Origin: a virus | DNA length: 64,000 nucleotides | Strand: one strand, 5' to 3' | IMG/VR virus record: IMGVR_UViG_3300026097_001210 | Location: 1-64,000 of that record | Shown here: positions 26,820-37,548 of the stretch, piece after piece | Layout of the letters: every line of letters starts with the position of its first letter | Position numbering within the stretch: position 1 is the first letter of the stretch | The notes under the pieces: model-generated | The model's database searches: none | What the model was told of the DNA's origin: nothing | The model's input: only the letters and a program-made list of their open reading frames with translations | Position numbers and translations under genes: made by a program

Positions 26820-29800
26820 TGTTTCAAAATGATGAATTACAAAATCATTTAGAGACTTCTTCTACAATTAGAATTGAGTCTTTTGTTACCGCTGAATGGA
26901 ACATGAACGTTGCTGAAAACATTGCTCGTATAGGTAACTACAGATACCGACCCACTGACCCTGAAACATCAAAATACTTTAGGGTAGCAGAATCATTTGA
27001 ATATAATGATGAAGGGTCTATGTTTTACACAGGCGCAACTGATGCAGACGTTATTGTAGACGGTGGGTTTGATGACAACAATGTGCCAATTGCTTTTATT
27101 TCTAAAAAAGAAAAAGAAAAAATGCTTTATTCTTTGGAAGATTGTTTTGGAAGATTTCGCCCTCGCTCTGGAATTAATAAGCTTCGTTATTTTTCAGACA
27201 AATATTCTCATCACGACAATAGGCTAATGTCTCAAAGACCAAGATACTATATGGCAGATAAAAAAGATCCTTTCAAGTATTGGTCTTCTTTTAGAACAGA
27301 AGATGGAATCGAGAGGGGGATTGCTGATACTGTAGTTAATGGTAGATATTATATTTCAGATGCCGCCCCATTTGTGGTTTATAAGAATAAAATTCCAGCC
27401 AATCGAATTGTTGTAAAAATGCAAACGAGTGTTGGGTCTGTAGATTTGGGTCCTTTTTCAGATTCTTCTGGAGCATTTAATGATCCATTTTTTGGAGAAG
27501 AAAACAAAACAACACCAGTTAGATGGAAGATTCAGTATTTAAAAGACTCTAACTGGGTAGATGCAATAAGGTTTGATGAAAACTCAACAAGAAGAGATGG
27601 CTCTCCAATAATTGGATCAGATGGATATTTAGAAATTGGCTATGGTCTTATTATTCCAGATGAATATTATAATATTTTTAATTTTGAAAAAGTTTTAGCA
27701 TCAGAGTCTTTGCTACCCCCTGCTTCTGAAATGGTTAATGGTGTCGCTTTTCTTATTATTAACAACAGCAGTTCTAAAGGGGTTGTTCACATAGCAATGA
27801 ATGGTCAGTATGAAACTTTTAATGCATCGTATGGATGGCAAATTATTGATGAAATAAACAGATCTGTTAGCTTTGTAGAAAATTTAACCAACCCAGAATA
27901 TTTTGTAGAAAATAACTCTAATGAAAAAATTTATAGAGAGCTTGCATATATTCAAGGCCTAAGAGTTGTTGCGGAAACAATGAATAAGATTGAATCATCG
28001 CTAGATTTAATAGAACTATCTCCAAGACTTTCAGCAAACATTTCAGATAAGATTAATCAATTTTCAATTACTAAGCCAGCCTCTGATCTTGGTGTTAGTG
28101 GAATGCCAGTAGGGCAGCTTCTCGTTTCAACGGGTACCCTCGATATATTTGATTACGATCAAGCATTTTTTGACACAAACACCAATAGCATTGTTAAAGA
28201 TTATACAAATCAAAGCATTCAGTTTAAATTTTATGAAACAGTTTTAGGTGTTAATGGCTCAGATTACTTTGTTCCAATTAAAACTATGTATGCAGATGGT
28301 TTTCCTTCTATTAATAATCAATCCAGAACTGCATCAATAACTTTGAGAGATTTGTTTTTCTATTTAGAATCTTCAGCAGCGCCGACTATTCTTTTAGAAA
28401 GTGCTTCGCTGAGCTATGCTGTTTCGTTATTGTTAGACTCTATTGGCTTTTCTAATTATGTATTTTTAAGAACAGAAAACGAAGCTGAAGATGTAATTCC
28501 ATATTTTTATATTGAACCAGACAAAAGTGTTGCTGAGATCTTAAACAGTATAGCGAGGTCAACCCAATCAGCAATGTTCTTTGATGAATACAATAACCTC
28601 ATTGTAATGAGTAAAAACTACATGATGCCAAGCACTACGGAAAGGGGCACAGATTTAACACTTTATGGAAGCAAAGATTTTGCTCAAAATGGTGCCATTA
28701 AAAATCAGGGTACCAGTAACAAGCTTTCCAACATAGTTAACATCACTTCTCAAGATAACAGAATATATAATGATGGGAAAATACTTTATTCAACTAGATA
28801 CATTCAAAGATCTTATGCCTCTATCAGGCAAGCATCGCTATTAGATAGAGATAAGACCTGGATTTACAAGCCAGCTTTATTGTGGGAGGTTTCAGCGACT
28901 GAAAACACAAAATCAGTAAATGAAGAGGTCAACGAGCAGTCCGCTTACGCCTTGGCTGCAATCCCCCTTAACTCTGATCTCAACACTAAATTGCCAAAGG
29001 TGGTAAATCACCAGCTTGTCAATAATATTATTGACCTTGGTGACGGAATTTATTGGCTAACTAGATACAACGGATATCTTTATGCTAATGGTGAAATTAT
29101 TAAATTTGATGCTGTTCAATATAATATTCCTGGACTTAGCGCAACAGAAAAAACAGAAACTGGCGATGACAATGTTTGGATAAGCAGTCGTAAAGAGTAT
29201 CAGAGATATTTTGAAAAGGTTCCCTTTAATGGAAAGATATATCCTACTGGTATTTTAAGAATTTATTCCGAACCAAATTATGAAACTGCTGGAGATACAG
29301 TAAGACTTAAAAACGGCGATGTAGCTAAGCACGGTAGGGGACAGTTCGGAACGGAAATTGTAGAACATTCTTCTGGAATATCTTCGCATTGGACAGATGA
29401 TAACAATGTTCGCGGCGCCCTGATGGAATCTAAATATCTATTTGGTGACACAAAAGTTTTTAAAACAGTAAGCAGCGTTGAGCTTATATCGAATGATCCC
29501 GTTGCGCTTTTTTCTGTCTCTGACCCGTCTGTATTGCGTCCTGGAGATTATATTGAGAGATATGACGAGGAAGAGTATGAGGGCGTAGAGATTTCTGCCA
29601 ATATTATTCAAGAAAACACACAGGTTACGGGGGTAGATGTAGAAAATAAACAGATAGTAGTAGACAAGCCAGTCCTAATTGAGTCTGAAGAGCAAACCCC
29701 AATTGTTGCTTTAAGAGTTTTCACTCAAATACCTGCAACGGTTACTGGAGCTGCTGGAATTGATAACGCCAGGGCACAACAAACAAACAGAACTGACTTA

Positions 29801-31417
29801 ATTAGAAACTTTTTAGCCAAAAAGAGTGTTAGCGAATTGCCAGGTGCACAAGAGTATCCTGCAACAACCCAGTCTTCTGCCTTAGTAATGGAAGGTGCTT
29901 TTCCCACAGACAATATTTCTCCTACTGATTTTGTTTCTTATGTCTATAAACCTTTAGAAAATAGATTTAGACACTTTGGAACAAGGCTAAGAATCGTTGG
30001 ACAAATTAATGACAATGACATCCGCGGACAGTCTCCAGAGGGTGCCTCTACTTATTTTACAGTGACAGATGCTCGTGGCTCTCGTGATGTTTCTATTTCT
30101 GGATCTTCTGCTGGAATAGCGATTATGGTAAACCCAGAAACAAATAACGGATACTTTTTTGAGCTGGCAGGTCTTAGCGTTGCTAAGAATCTTTCAAATT
30201 ACCAGTCAGACGAGAACGTTGCAGATATGATTTTCTACAAGGTTTTAAAACGAGACGGTGCTGAAAACGATAACGAGAAAGCAATTCCCGTCCCTCTTTG
30301 GAGGGGCATAGGAAATATCCTTGTTGACTCTGGTGATTTTGTTGGTCAGCAAAGGTTGGCGGTAGAGGCAGAAACAACAGTGTACGATATAGCCATAGAG
30401 TACGAAGAGCTAGGAAATACCAGAAGGTTTTATCTATACGTAAACAATGTTCTTGTTGGAATAGCAGATGACGAAGAGCCGCTACCGATTTATAGCAATA
30501 TGGCTCTTTTTATTCGAGGATCTTCTAAAGCTATGTTTGAACACGTTTATGCATTAACTAAAAATTATAGTCAAAACGCTACTTTTTCTTTAGAAACACC
30601 AGCAAGCGATGTTTTTGAAATTGAAGATCTTAATGCCAATCAGTCTTTTAGAAAGTATGCAGTTAGTGGATTTGTGCAGTCTACATTTTTAAGCGGTATT
30701 GGACCAGATCAACCACCGAAATATAACATATATTACGATGAATTTGGAACAATAATGAGAGAAGCTGCCTACTTTAATGTTAGATATGATAAGGCATACC
30801 CAGCTCTTTCGGCAGAAATTTCTCCAACCTTTAACAGAATTAAGGGATACAGTGTTTCTGGATTTAGGGCAAGCTCGTATGGCGCAGAGTTTCTAATATT
30901 TAACAATACAGACTCTGCATTAAATCTCGATTCGACAAGTGGCAACTATTTAAGAATACAAGGAGTAACCTTTACTCAGCAATCTAAAAACGAACTAACG
31001 GTTGATGAGTATTTTGAAAAGATAGGAAATCTTTCGGATCCAGAAATTTTAGACAACAACGTTATCGTTTCTCCAGAAGTTGCTGAAGAAAGATATCGAG
31101 ACATCAAGCTAAGCAGAATTACGCATGGAAGAACAGAGTTCTCCATTGATGCCCCCTATATTCAAAGCCAGGATTCTGCCAATGGATTAATGAAGTGGAT
31201 GACTGAAAAGGTTATGAAAAAGAGAAAGTCTGTAGGTCTTCAAATTTTTGCAATGCCCACGCTACAACTGGGAGACATCGTCACCATTAACTATGTCAAT
31301 GAGCTGGGTACCCCAGAAATATCTTCTTCAGATTCTAGATTTGTAGTATATTATATTGAATATAACAGGGGGCCACAGGGGCCTACGATGAATGTTTATT
31401 TAAGTGAGGTGATTTAA
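26819..31417 (+). CDS. Large tail tip/baseplate hub protein
   Basis: IARSTQSAMFFDEYNNL and C-terminal PYIQ...PTLQLGDIVTI hub motifs; TAATG coupling at 26819. Confidence 0.7.
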   Translation: MFQNDELQNHLETSSTIRIESFVTAEWNMNVAENIARIGNYRYRPTDPETSKYFRVAESFEYNDEGSMFYTGATDADVIVDGGFDDNNVPIAFISKKEKEKMLYSLEDCFGRFRPRSGINKLRYFSDKYSHHDNRLMSQRPRYYMADKKDPFKYWSSFRTEDGIERGIADTVVNGRYYISDAAPFVVYKNKIPANRIVVKMQTSVGSVDLGPFSDSSGAFNDPFFGEENKTTPVRWKIQYLKDSNWVDAIRFDENSTRRDGSPIIGSDGYLEIGYGLIIPDEYYNIFNFEKVLASESLLPPASEMVNGVAFLIINNSSSKGVVHIAMNGQYETFNASYGWQIIDEINRSVSFVENLTNPEYFVENNSNEKIYRELAYIQGLRVVAETMNKIESSLDLIELSPRLSANISDKINQFSITKPASDLGVSGMPVGQLLVSTGTLDIFDYDQAFFDTNTNSIVKDYTNQSIQFKFYETVLGVNGSDYFVPIKTMYADGFPSINNQSRTASITLRDLFFYLESSAAPTILLESASLSYAVSLLLDSIGFSNYVFLRTENEAEDVIPYFYIEPDKSVAEILNSIARSTQSAMFFDEYNNLIVMSKNYMMPSTTERGTDLTLYGSKDFAQNGAIKNQGTSNKLSNIVNITSQDNRIYNDGKILYSTRYIQRSYASIRQASLLDRDKTWIYKPALLWEVSATENTKSVNEEVNEQSAYALAAIPLNSDLNTKLPKVVNHQLVNNIIDLGDGIYWLTRYNGYLYANGEIIKFDAVQYNIPGLSATEKTETGDDNVWISSRKEYQRYFEKVPFNGKIYPTGILRIYSEPNYETAGDTVRLKNGDVAKHGRGQFGTEIVEHSSGISSHWTDDNNVRGALMESKYLFGDTKVFKTVSSVELISNDPVALFSVSDPSVLRPGDYIERYDEEEYEGVEISANIIQENTQVTGVDVENKQIVVDKPVLIESEEQTPIVALRVFTQIPATVTGAAGIDNARAQQTNRTDLIRNFLAKKSVSELPGAQEYPATTQSSALVMEGAFPTDNISPTDFVSYVYKPLENRFRHFGTRLRIVGQINDNDIRGQSPEGASTYFTVTDARGSRDVSISGSSAGIAIMVNPETNNGYFFELAGLSVAKNLSNYQSDENVADMIFYKVLKRDGAENDNEKAIPVPLWRGIGNILVDSGDFVGQQRLAVEAETTVYDIAIEYEELGNTRRFYLYVNNVLVGIADDEEPLPIYSNMALFIRGSSKAMFEHVYALTKNYSQNATFSLETPASDVFEIEDLNANQSFRKYAVSGFVQSTFLSGIGPDQPPKYNIYYDEFGTIMREAAYFNVRYDKAYPALSAEISPTFNRIKGYSVSGFRASSYGAEFLIFNNTDSALNLDSTSGNYLRIQGVTFTQQSKNELTVDEYFEKIGNLSDPEILDNNVIVSPEVAEERYRDIKLSRITHGRTEFSIDAPYIQSQDSANGLMKWMTEKVMKKRKSVGLQIFAMPTLQLGDIVTINYVNELGTPEISSSDSRFVVYYIEYNRGPQGPTMNVYLSEVI

Positions 31418-31933
31418 ATGGTTGATGCAGTTCCTTCTGTGCCAAGCTCTCAAGTTTCTTCATCAAGCGATATGGTTAATGCAATAAAAATTGCTACACC
31501 AGATCTTATTATTTTTAAAGAGGACTTGCCAGTAGAGGGGTTGGCTCAAATTGCCTTTGAAAATATTGCTGCCCAAGAGCTTATTAGCATAACTCGTAAC
31601 AATCTTGTAGATGGACAAAGTGTTTCTTATAGCTTAGTTGGAAATTTAAAACAAATACAAGATGCTTACAATACTAGAAACATATTCACACTTTCTGAAA
31701 CTGGAGATAGATATTTTCAAAACTTTGGCATTAGGTTTTCGACCCATGTGCCCGAAGTTGGTAGCGGACCAGAAGAGCTAAGGGCTTATATTGTTCCAGC
31801 AAACTCTGCTATCGCCAACAGGGGCGACTTGATTATAGATGTTGTTAATATGGAAATTAACGAGAGGGTAGATATAGAAATTCTTAGAAGCGGAGAGTCT
31901 CTGGGTGATACAATATATGTGGAGGAATCTTGA
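31418..31933 (+). CDS. Minor tail protein (hypothetical)
   Basis: SD GAGGTG; tail-module synteny. Confidence 0.55.
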   Translation: MVDAVPSVPSSQVSSSSDMVNAIKIATPDLIIFKEDLPVEGLAQIAFENIAAQELISITRNNLVDGQSVSYSLVGNLKQIQDAYNTRNIFTLSETGDRYFQNFGIRFSTHVPEVGSGPEELRAYIVPANSAIANRGDLIIDVVNMEINERVDIEILRSGESLGDTIYVEES

Positions 31934-33096
31934 TTACTAATACTGGTCGTACAATTATTTCTAAATATTTAGTTGGTCAGGCGCCAGCATACGCATCGCA
32001 CATTGCTTTGGGCGTGGGGGCCAATCCATTAGGACCTAACGATTCTTTTGGCGACTATTCTAGCAAAAAACAATTAGACTTTGAGGTTCTCCGCATTCCA
32101 ATTACCTCTCGCGGCTATGTTTATGATGAAGATGGTGAATCTAATATTGTTTTTGCTGGAGAGCTTCCTGGCGATCAGAGATATCTTTTTACTGAGATTG
32201 GTGTATTTTCAGCAAGATCTAACCCATCGGCTGGAACAATTGGTAGCAGATTTGTTTATACATTTTCAGAATCAGAAAACTGGGAATATCACAATGAAAC
32301 ATCCGCACAATCTTTGCCTTTAATTCTAGAACCTTTAGATGCCAACTCAACTACTGGGAAAATAGATAATATTTTGGATGATCTTGGAAACCCAGTTTTT
32401 GCTTTTAGAACTAACTCAGACAATGATGTCTTTAACAGTATCGCCAGGACAGAGGTTTTTGAACAGCCCAGATTTTTGGATCGTACACTAATTTTGCCAG
32501 GAGATATGTCTTATTTAGAATCGGTTAACGGTAACCTAGCTATTGCTAGCGCCCCAGAAGGGGAGTATTATGGAACACACATTCACCTAACTGGAATTAG
32601 CGCTGATTTTAATCAAAACTCTTCTCAAGATCAGCTAAGGCTTGCATTTGCGGTTTTAGACAAAGAAGCAGGCCAGTCTATAGATGTAGGCGGGGTAAGA
32701 ATTTTGCTCGAATTTGCTTCAAGCGACTCTTTGAATCCAGACAACTTTGCGAGACTTGAGATTGATATAGATAATTCTGATGTTTTGTTTAATAATAATA
32801 GATACATTGTTATAACTAAAACTTTAGGAGAACTTATTAAAAGTACTTCGTTCACTTGGAACGCAGTTAACCTTGTTAAAATTTATGCTACCGTATACGA
32901 TACAACAAGCGAAACACCATCTAGCGACTTTTATATAGCGCTAGACGGTCTTAGGTTTGAGAATGTTACCGCTCAGAACCCACTTTATGGAATGACAGGC
33001 TATACAGTGGTTAAGACTCAAGATGGATACCCAGTTGTAAAAGAAAATAACACATCTAATATTGTTGAGTTTAGGTTTGGTATGGGAATACAGTAA
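31930..33096 (+). CDS. Minor tail/baseplate protein
   Basis: MITNTGR..HIALGVG..TEIGVFS pattern typical of tail/baseplate N-terminal domains. Confidence 0.65.
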   Translation: MITNTGRTIISKYLVGQAPAYASHIALGVGANPLGPNDSFGDYSSKKQLDFEVLRIPITSRGYVYDEDGESNIVFAGELPGDQRYLFTEIGVFSARSNPSAGTIGSRFVYTFSESENWEYHNETSAQSLPLILEPLDANSTTGKIDNILDDLGNPVFAFRTNSDNDVFNSIARTEVFEQPRFLDRTLILPGDMSYLESVNGNLAIASAPEGEYYGTHIHLTGISADFNQNSSQDQLRLAFAVLDKEAGQSIDVGGVRILLEFASSDSLNPDNFARLEIDIDNSDVLFNNNRYIVITKTLGELIKSTSFTWNAVNLVKIYATVYDTTSETPSSDFYIALDGLRFENVTAQNPLYGMTGYTVVKTQDGYPVVKENNTSNIVEFRFGMGIQ

Positions 33097-33542
33097 TGGC
33101 AAGAGGAAAAGAAAAAGTTATTATTTCTAGAGAAGACTTGCCAGCCGTTTCTAAATTATCCAATGGCACTTATGGATATGTTGTTAGATATAGAATAATT
33201 TCAGAAGACCAAAACAGGTTTTCTCACTGGTCCCCAATTAGGGAGCTGGCAATACCTTCGCCATTACAGGTTACTGGAGATTTGGCAATTAATATATCTA
33301 ATGGAGGTGGTCAGGCCTCACTCGTCTGGGGGGACGAAGAGTCAAGGCCTAGCTACGACATTTTTGTTAGCTTTAACGGAGAAGATTATTTTTATCATGG
33401 AACATCGCCAACTCATCAATACGGCTTTATATTAGAGAGTGGCACAACTTCGGTCCAAGCCGCGGTTCAAATAGAGTCTGTAAACAAGGAACGCTCTTCT
33501 CAAATACAAATATTTGAAAGTCAAGCTATAAGTTTGGTATAA
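33096..33542 (+). CDS. Minor tail protein, FN3-like
   Basis: YVVRYR..SHWSP, beta-rich. Confidence 0.5.
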   Translation: MARGKEKVIISREDLPAVSKLSNGTYGYVVRYRIISEDQNRFSHWSPIRELAIPSPLQVTGDLAINISNGGGQASLVWGDEESRPSYDIFVSFNGEDYFYHGTSPTHQYGFILESGTTSVQAAVQIESVNKERSSQIQIFESQAISLV

Positions 33543-33567
33543 TTGTTTAACAACTTAGGAGATTAGA

Positions 33568-34014
33568 TTGTCAAAAATACCATTGCCCGAAAGGGGTCAG
33601 CCCCTAGATGTTTCTTATATTTATCAAATTGCAAAAAGTATAAATGAGCTAGCAACGCAAGTTTCTGGATCGGCTAACAGATATAGCTCAATTGACACAG
33701 TTTCTTCTGGAACACAAAACATAAGAACAGCAGACTCAAGGATTGTCGGCGGGTACGTTACTGTAACCAACAACTCAACCACAAGCCCAGACGGCGAAGG
33801 AAGCTTCAGCTACAACTTTTCTGATTTTGTATATGCACCCGTAGTAACCGCCACCCCAATACTTATTGACGAAAACTCAACAGAGGCTGGTAAAGATGTT
33901 ACAGTAGTTTTGACAAAAGTTTCAAATAACAGGGTTGAGGGCATTGTTCAGTTTAACACTATTGGTGTTGCATCGGTTGGTATTAACCTTATAATGGTTG
34001 GCGTCCCTGTCTAA
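33568..34014 (+). CDS. Minor tail/fibre protein
   Basis: F..APVVTAT, H-lectin/gp53-like C-terminal pattern; promoter TGGTATAAT upstream. Confidence 0.5.
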   Translation: MSKIPLPERGQPLDVSYIYQIAKSINELATQVSGSANRYSSIDTVSSGTQNIRTADSRIVGGYVTVTNNSTTSPDGEGSFSYNFSDFVYAPVVTATPILIDENSTEAGKDVTVVLTKVSNNRVEGIVQFNTIGVASVGINLIMVGVPV

Positions 34015-34022
34015 GAGCCACT

Positions 34023-34544
34023 ATGGATAGAGAGGCATACAATACCGCACCCGTTGTTCCTGGCAATAAAAGTGTTTGGTTTTTAAACGGGGACTTAGTG
34101 AGAAAACACCATTTTAGTAAGGCTAATGGAATAATGTCTGTTTATAACATTAACAAAGACAGAATTGAAAGCTGTTTCATTCATGACTTTAAAAAAAATA
34201 GAGAAAAGGCTTATACCGTTAAAGAAACAGCACAGCTTGTTGACAGGCATCACAAACATCTTTATAGGCTTATTCACCAAGGAGTAATACCGCCTCCTGT
34301 TGGTGCAACAAAAAATGGAGAAAGAGCTTGGAGGATTAGAGCTTACTATTCAGCTACGGCAGTAAAAGAAATTCGTGATATACTCGCATCAAGGCACATG
34401 GGTAGAGAAAGAAAAGATGGTCTAATTACCAATAACTTAACTCCTACCGTTCAAGAGTTGAATCGTAGAATGGGTTCTGGTATACTGACTTATACGAGAA
34501 CAGAAGACGGAAACTTTGTACCAGTTTGGTCAGAGAGTATTTAG
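34023..34544 (+). CDS. DNA-binding protein with a MerR/excisionase-like HTH
   Basis: YTVKETAQLVDRHHKHLYRLIHQGVIP..R.YYS. Confidence 0.65.
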   Translation: MDREAYNTAPVVPGNKSVWFLNGDLVRKHHFSKANGIMSVYNINKDRIESCFIHDFKKNREKAYTVKETAQLVDRHHKHLYRLIHQGVIPPPVGATKNGERAWRIRAYYSATAVKEIRDILASRHMGRERKDGLITNNLTPTVQELNRRMGSGILTYTRTEDGNFVPVWSESI

Positions 34545-34556
34545 AAAGGGTATGGG

Positions 34557-34760
34557 ATGGAAAACGAACAAACCAAAGTCAATGTGGCTTTGGGATACAC
34601 ATTAAACCTTGGCAATTTTCAATCGCTTCGAATCGATCTAGGAATCGAAGATTCTCGCAGAGATGGCGAAAACATTAGCGAGGCATTTGAAAGAGTCTAC
34701 AGCTTTGTAGAGGAAAAGCTAACACAAAAAGTTCAGGAAGCTTCCAAGGAAATTAACTAG
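34557..34760 (+). CDS. Hypothetical phage protein
   Basis: YTLNLGNFQSLRID motif; SD upstream. Confidence 0.65.
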   Translation: MENEQTKVNVALGYTLNLGNFQSLRIDLGIEDSRRDGENISEAFERVYSFVEEKLTQKVQEASKEIN

Positions 34761-34762
34761 CA

Positions 34763-35071
34763 GTGGCTGATCGCAAGCAAAGAATGGCCCTGCTTTCCAG
34801 ATACAGTAGACTGTACAATATCAAGTACGGAACAAGGCCAGATCTGAACCTAAACAAAGAGCAGTGGTCGTCAGATGCCTTGGTAGATTCTTATGGGCTT
34901 ACTGACTGCTATGACTTGCTTTCGTATTATTTTGAAACGGCTAATGCTCCCAGCTGGAACTATTTTGCATACAATGCCGACAAAATATTGGAAGCAAAAA
35001 AACAGCTTGAGGAAGACTTAAAAGAAAGAGAAGAGAGACGCAAGATGGCTAAGGAGTGGTTAAATGGCTAA
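34763..35071 (+). CDS. Hypothetical protein (helicase-loader position)
   Basis: Overlaps the helicase start. Confidence 0.6.
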   Translation: MADRKQRMALLSRYSRLYNIKYGTRPDLNLNKEQWSSDALVDSYGLTDCYDLLSYYFETANAPSWNYFAYNADKILEAKKQLEEDLKEREERRKMAKEWLNG

Positions 35072-36287
35072 CACGGAAGCAAAAGTTATTTCAGCAGTAT
35101 TGGAAGATAAGCAAATTCATGTCTTGCTTCAAGCCAACGTAGACACTATTTTGCGCACACATAACGATGTGTGGGGATTTATTAGGTCTTATTTTGAACA
35201 AAACTCTTCTGTCCCACCGTCCTCACTGGTTGTTGAAAAGTTTAGAGACTTTCAACCCGTAGATGGGGTTGGTGCCACCAAACACCACCTTGAAGAGCTT
35301 CAGTCTGAATATTTAAATGATAGTTTAAAAGAAATTTTAAGGTCCGCAGCGGCGGAGGTTCAGGGGGGCAGTGGAAGTAGTGCACTAGAAGACATCATTG
35401 GTCAAACAGCAGAGCTTAAAAAGAACACTTCTGCAATTAGGGATATCGATGTTACAGATTTAGATTCTGCCGTTGCTTACTTTGAAAATGTTAAAAAGCA
35501 ACAGGAGGCAGGGGTATCTGGAATCAAAACGGGACTACCTGGATTTGACGGATACTTGCCAGCAGGCATTATGCCTGGTCAGCTTGGCGTTTTCTTGGCA
35601 TATCCTGGCATCGGAAAGTCTTGGCTATCTTTATATTTTGCCGTACAGGCGTGGAAGCAGGGAAGATCCCCGCTTGTTGTAAGTCTTGAAATGTCGGAAA
35701 CAGAGGTTCGTAATCGTGTATTTACAATTATGGGTGAGGGGTTGTGGTCACATCGTAAGCTAAGCTCTGGCGAAGTAGAGCTGGACACATTAAAAATGTG
35801 GCATCAAAAACATCTTCAGGGGAAACCAGAGTTTCACATTATTTCTAATGATACTGGTGGCGACATCACACCATCTGTGTTAAGAGGAAAAATTGATCAA
35901 TACAAGCCAGACTTTGTTATTGTTGACTATTTACAGCTAATGAGCCCTAATCAAAAGTCTGATAACGAAACGGTAAGAATGAAAAACCTGTCTCGTGAAC
36001 TAAAGCTAATGGCTATTGCAGAAGAGGTGCCAATTATTGCTATTTCATCTGCAACACCAGATGATGTCACGAAACTGGAAACTGTTCCCACCTTGGGCCA
36101 GACGGCATGGTCTCGTCAAATCGCCTATGATGCCGACTGGGTGCTTGCTTTGGGCAGAGCAACCAATAGCGATGTGATAGAGTGTGTTTTTCGAAAAAAC
36201 AGGCATGGCTTTATGGGTGAATTTATGGTTCAGGCTGATTTTGACAAGGGATACTATAGATACAAGGACGTAGAAGATTTAACATAA
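35064..36287 (+). CDS. dnaB: DnaB-like replicative helicase
   Basis: Walker A AYPGIGKS, SLEMS, VIVDYLQLM, SRELK, IAYDAD, KNRHG. Confidence 0.92.
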   Translation: MANTEAKVISAVLEDKQIHVLLQANVDTILRTHNDVWGFIRSYFEQNSSVPPSSLVVEKFRDFQPVDGVGATKHHLEELQSEYLNDSLKEILRSAAAEVQGGSGSSALEDIIGQTAELKKNTSAIRDIDVTDLDSAVAYFENVKKQQEAGVSGIKTGLPGFDGYLPAGIMPGQLGVFLAYPGIGKSWLSLYFAVQAWKQGRSPLVVSLEMSETEVRNRVFTIMGEGLWSHRKLSSGEVELDTLKMWHQKHLQGKPEFHIISNDTGGDITPSVLRGKIDQYKPDFVIVDYLQLMSPNQKSDNETVRMKNLSRELKLMAIAEEVPIIAISSATPDDVTKLETVPTLGQTAWSRQIAYDADWVLALGRATNSDVIECVFRKNRHGFMGEFMVQADFDKGYYRYKDVEDLT

Positions 36288-36308
36288 AGTCCTAATATAA
36301 TGTTGTGT

Positions 36309-36650
36309 ATGAAAATACATCACAAACCACTAAAAAGATTCGGACTTGATGGATCAATATATGATGACTCCGCCATTTGGAGACTTAAAATAGAATATAT
36401 GAGATTAATAATCTCTGAAATGCGTTTAAGTGGTTATGTGCCAAGACTTGATATTGCACCAGATTTTACGCTAGAATATAATGACAAGACAAAAGCATTT
36501 ATTTTTGAACTATCTTTATATGGAATACATGTTGGAAAGAGACAAAGCGAGTGGATATTCGGAATAAACGAAAGCCAAGTAATACCTATACATCAAAACA
36601 AATTGGAAGAGTACTTACGGGCAGCGGCCTCGATATACAATCAGAAGTAG
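36309..36650 (+). CDS. Hypothetical protein
   Basis: TATAAT-N7-ATG leaderless start; overlaps the primase 5' end. Confidence 0.6.
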   Translation: MKIHHKPLKRFGLDGSIYDDSAIWRLKIEYMRLIISEMRLSGYVPRLDIAPDFTLEYNDKTKAFIFELSLYGIHVGKRQSEWIFGINESQVIPIHQNKLEEYLRAAASIYNQK

Positions 36651-37495
36651 ACTCTGATTACATTATTTTTTGCCCCTTTCATGCTAACAATCGTACCCCA
36701 GCGGGGGAGGTTGACAAAGTTAAGGGAACATTTTTCTGTTTTGCCTGTCACCATGTATGCGATTTAAACGAGCTTGTGATGCATCAAACCGGAAGAACAT
36801 ATTTTGAGGCAATTCGATTTATTAAAAGTAAAGAAACATCGTCTAGCCTTGAGTCAGAAATAAACGAAAGGCTTGTTGAAAAGCCAGATTACGTGCCATT
36901 TGATGAAATATTGGTTAAAAGATTAGCCGCCACAGCTTTGGAATCTCCACGGGCAAAGAGCTATTATCACGGTCGCAGAATTACAGAAGATTCTATGAAA
37001 AAGTTTGCTTTGGGCTACTCTGAAAAACAAGACATGGTAACTATTCCAGTTCACTCTCCAGAAGGAATGCTGATTGGTTTTGTCGGAAGGTCTGTCGAGG
37101 GAAAGGTTTTTAAAAATACCCCAGGGCTGCCAAAATCAAAAACAATGTTTAACCTGTTTAGAGTTAAGTCTTCTAAAGCTGTTTACGTTGTTGAGTCCTC
37201 ATTTGATGCAATTAGGCTAGATCAGTGCGGATTTCCAGCGGTAGCAACATTAGGCTCAAATGTATCTAATCTTCAAGTAGACTTGCTAAAAAAATACTTC
37301 AATGATATTATAGTCATTGCAGACAATGATGAGGCTGGAAACCATATGGTTAAGCGACTCAGTGAGAAGCTTACATCTAGGGTTTCTGTGATTCATTTAG
37401 AAAATAAATATAAAGATATAGGTGATATGGAAGACGAAGAAATTAAATCTCTGGGGTTTGACTTCTCAGATTCTATAGCATCAATACTAAAATAA
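36551..37495 (+). CDS. dnaG: DNA primase (CHC2 zinc finger + TOPRIM)
   Basis: CPFH...CFAC, VVESSFD, ADNDEAG, KDIGD. Confidence 0.9.
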   Translation: MDIRNKRKPSNTYTSKQIGRVLTGSGLDIQSEVDSDYIIFCPFHANNRTPAGEVDKVKGTFFCFACHHVCDLNELVMHQTGRTYFEAIRFIKSKETSSSLESEINERLVEKPDYVPFDEILVKRLAATALESPRAKSYYHGRRITEDSMKKFALGYSEKQDMVTIPVHSPEGMLIGFVGRSVEGKVFKNTPGLPKSKTMFNLFRVKSSKAVYVVESSFDAIRLDQCGFPAVATLGSNVSNLQVDLLKKYFNDIIVIADNDEAGNHMVKRLSEKLTSRVSVIHLENKYKDIGDMEDEEIKSLGFDFSDSIASILK

Positions 37496-37548
37496 AATAC
37501 ATAAATATATAAATAAAATATCAATTAGAGTATAGGAGAAAATATATT

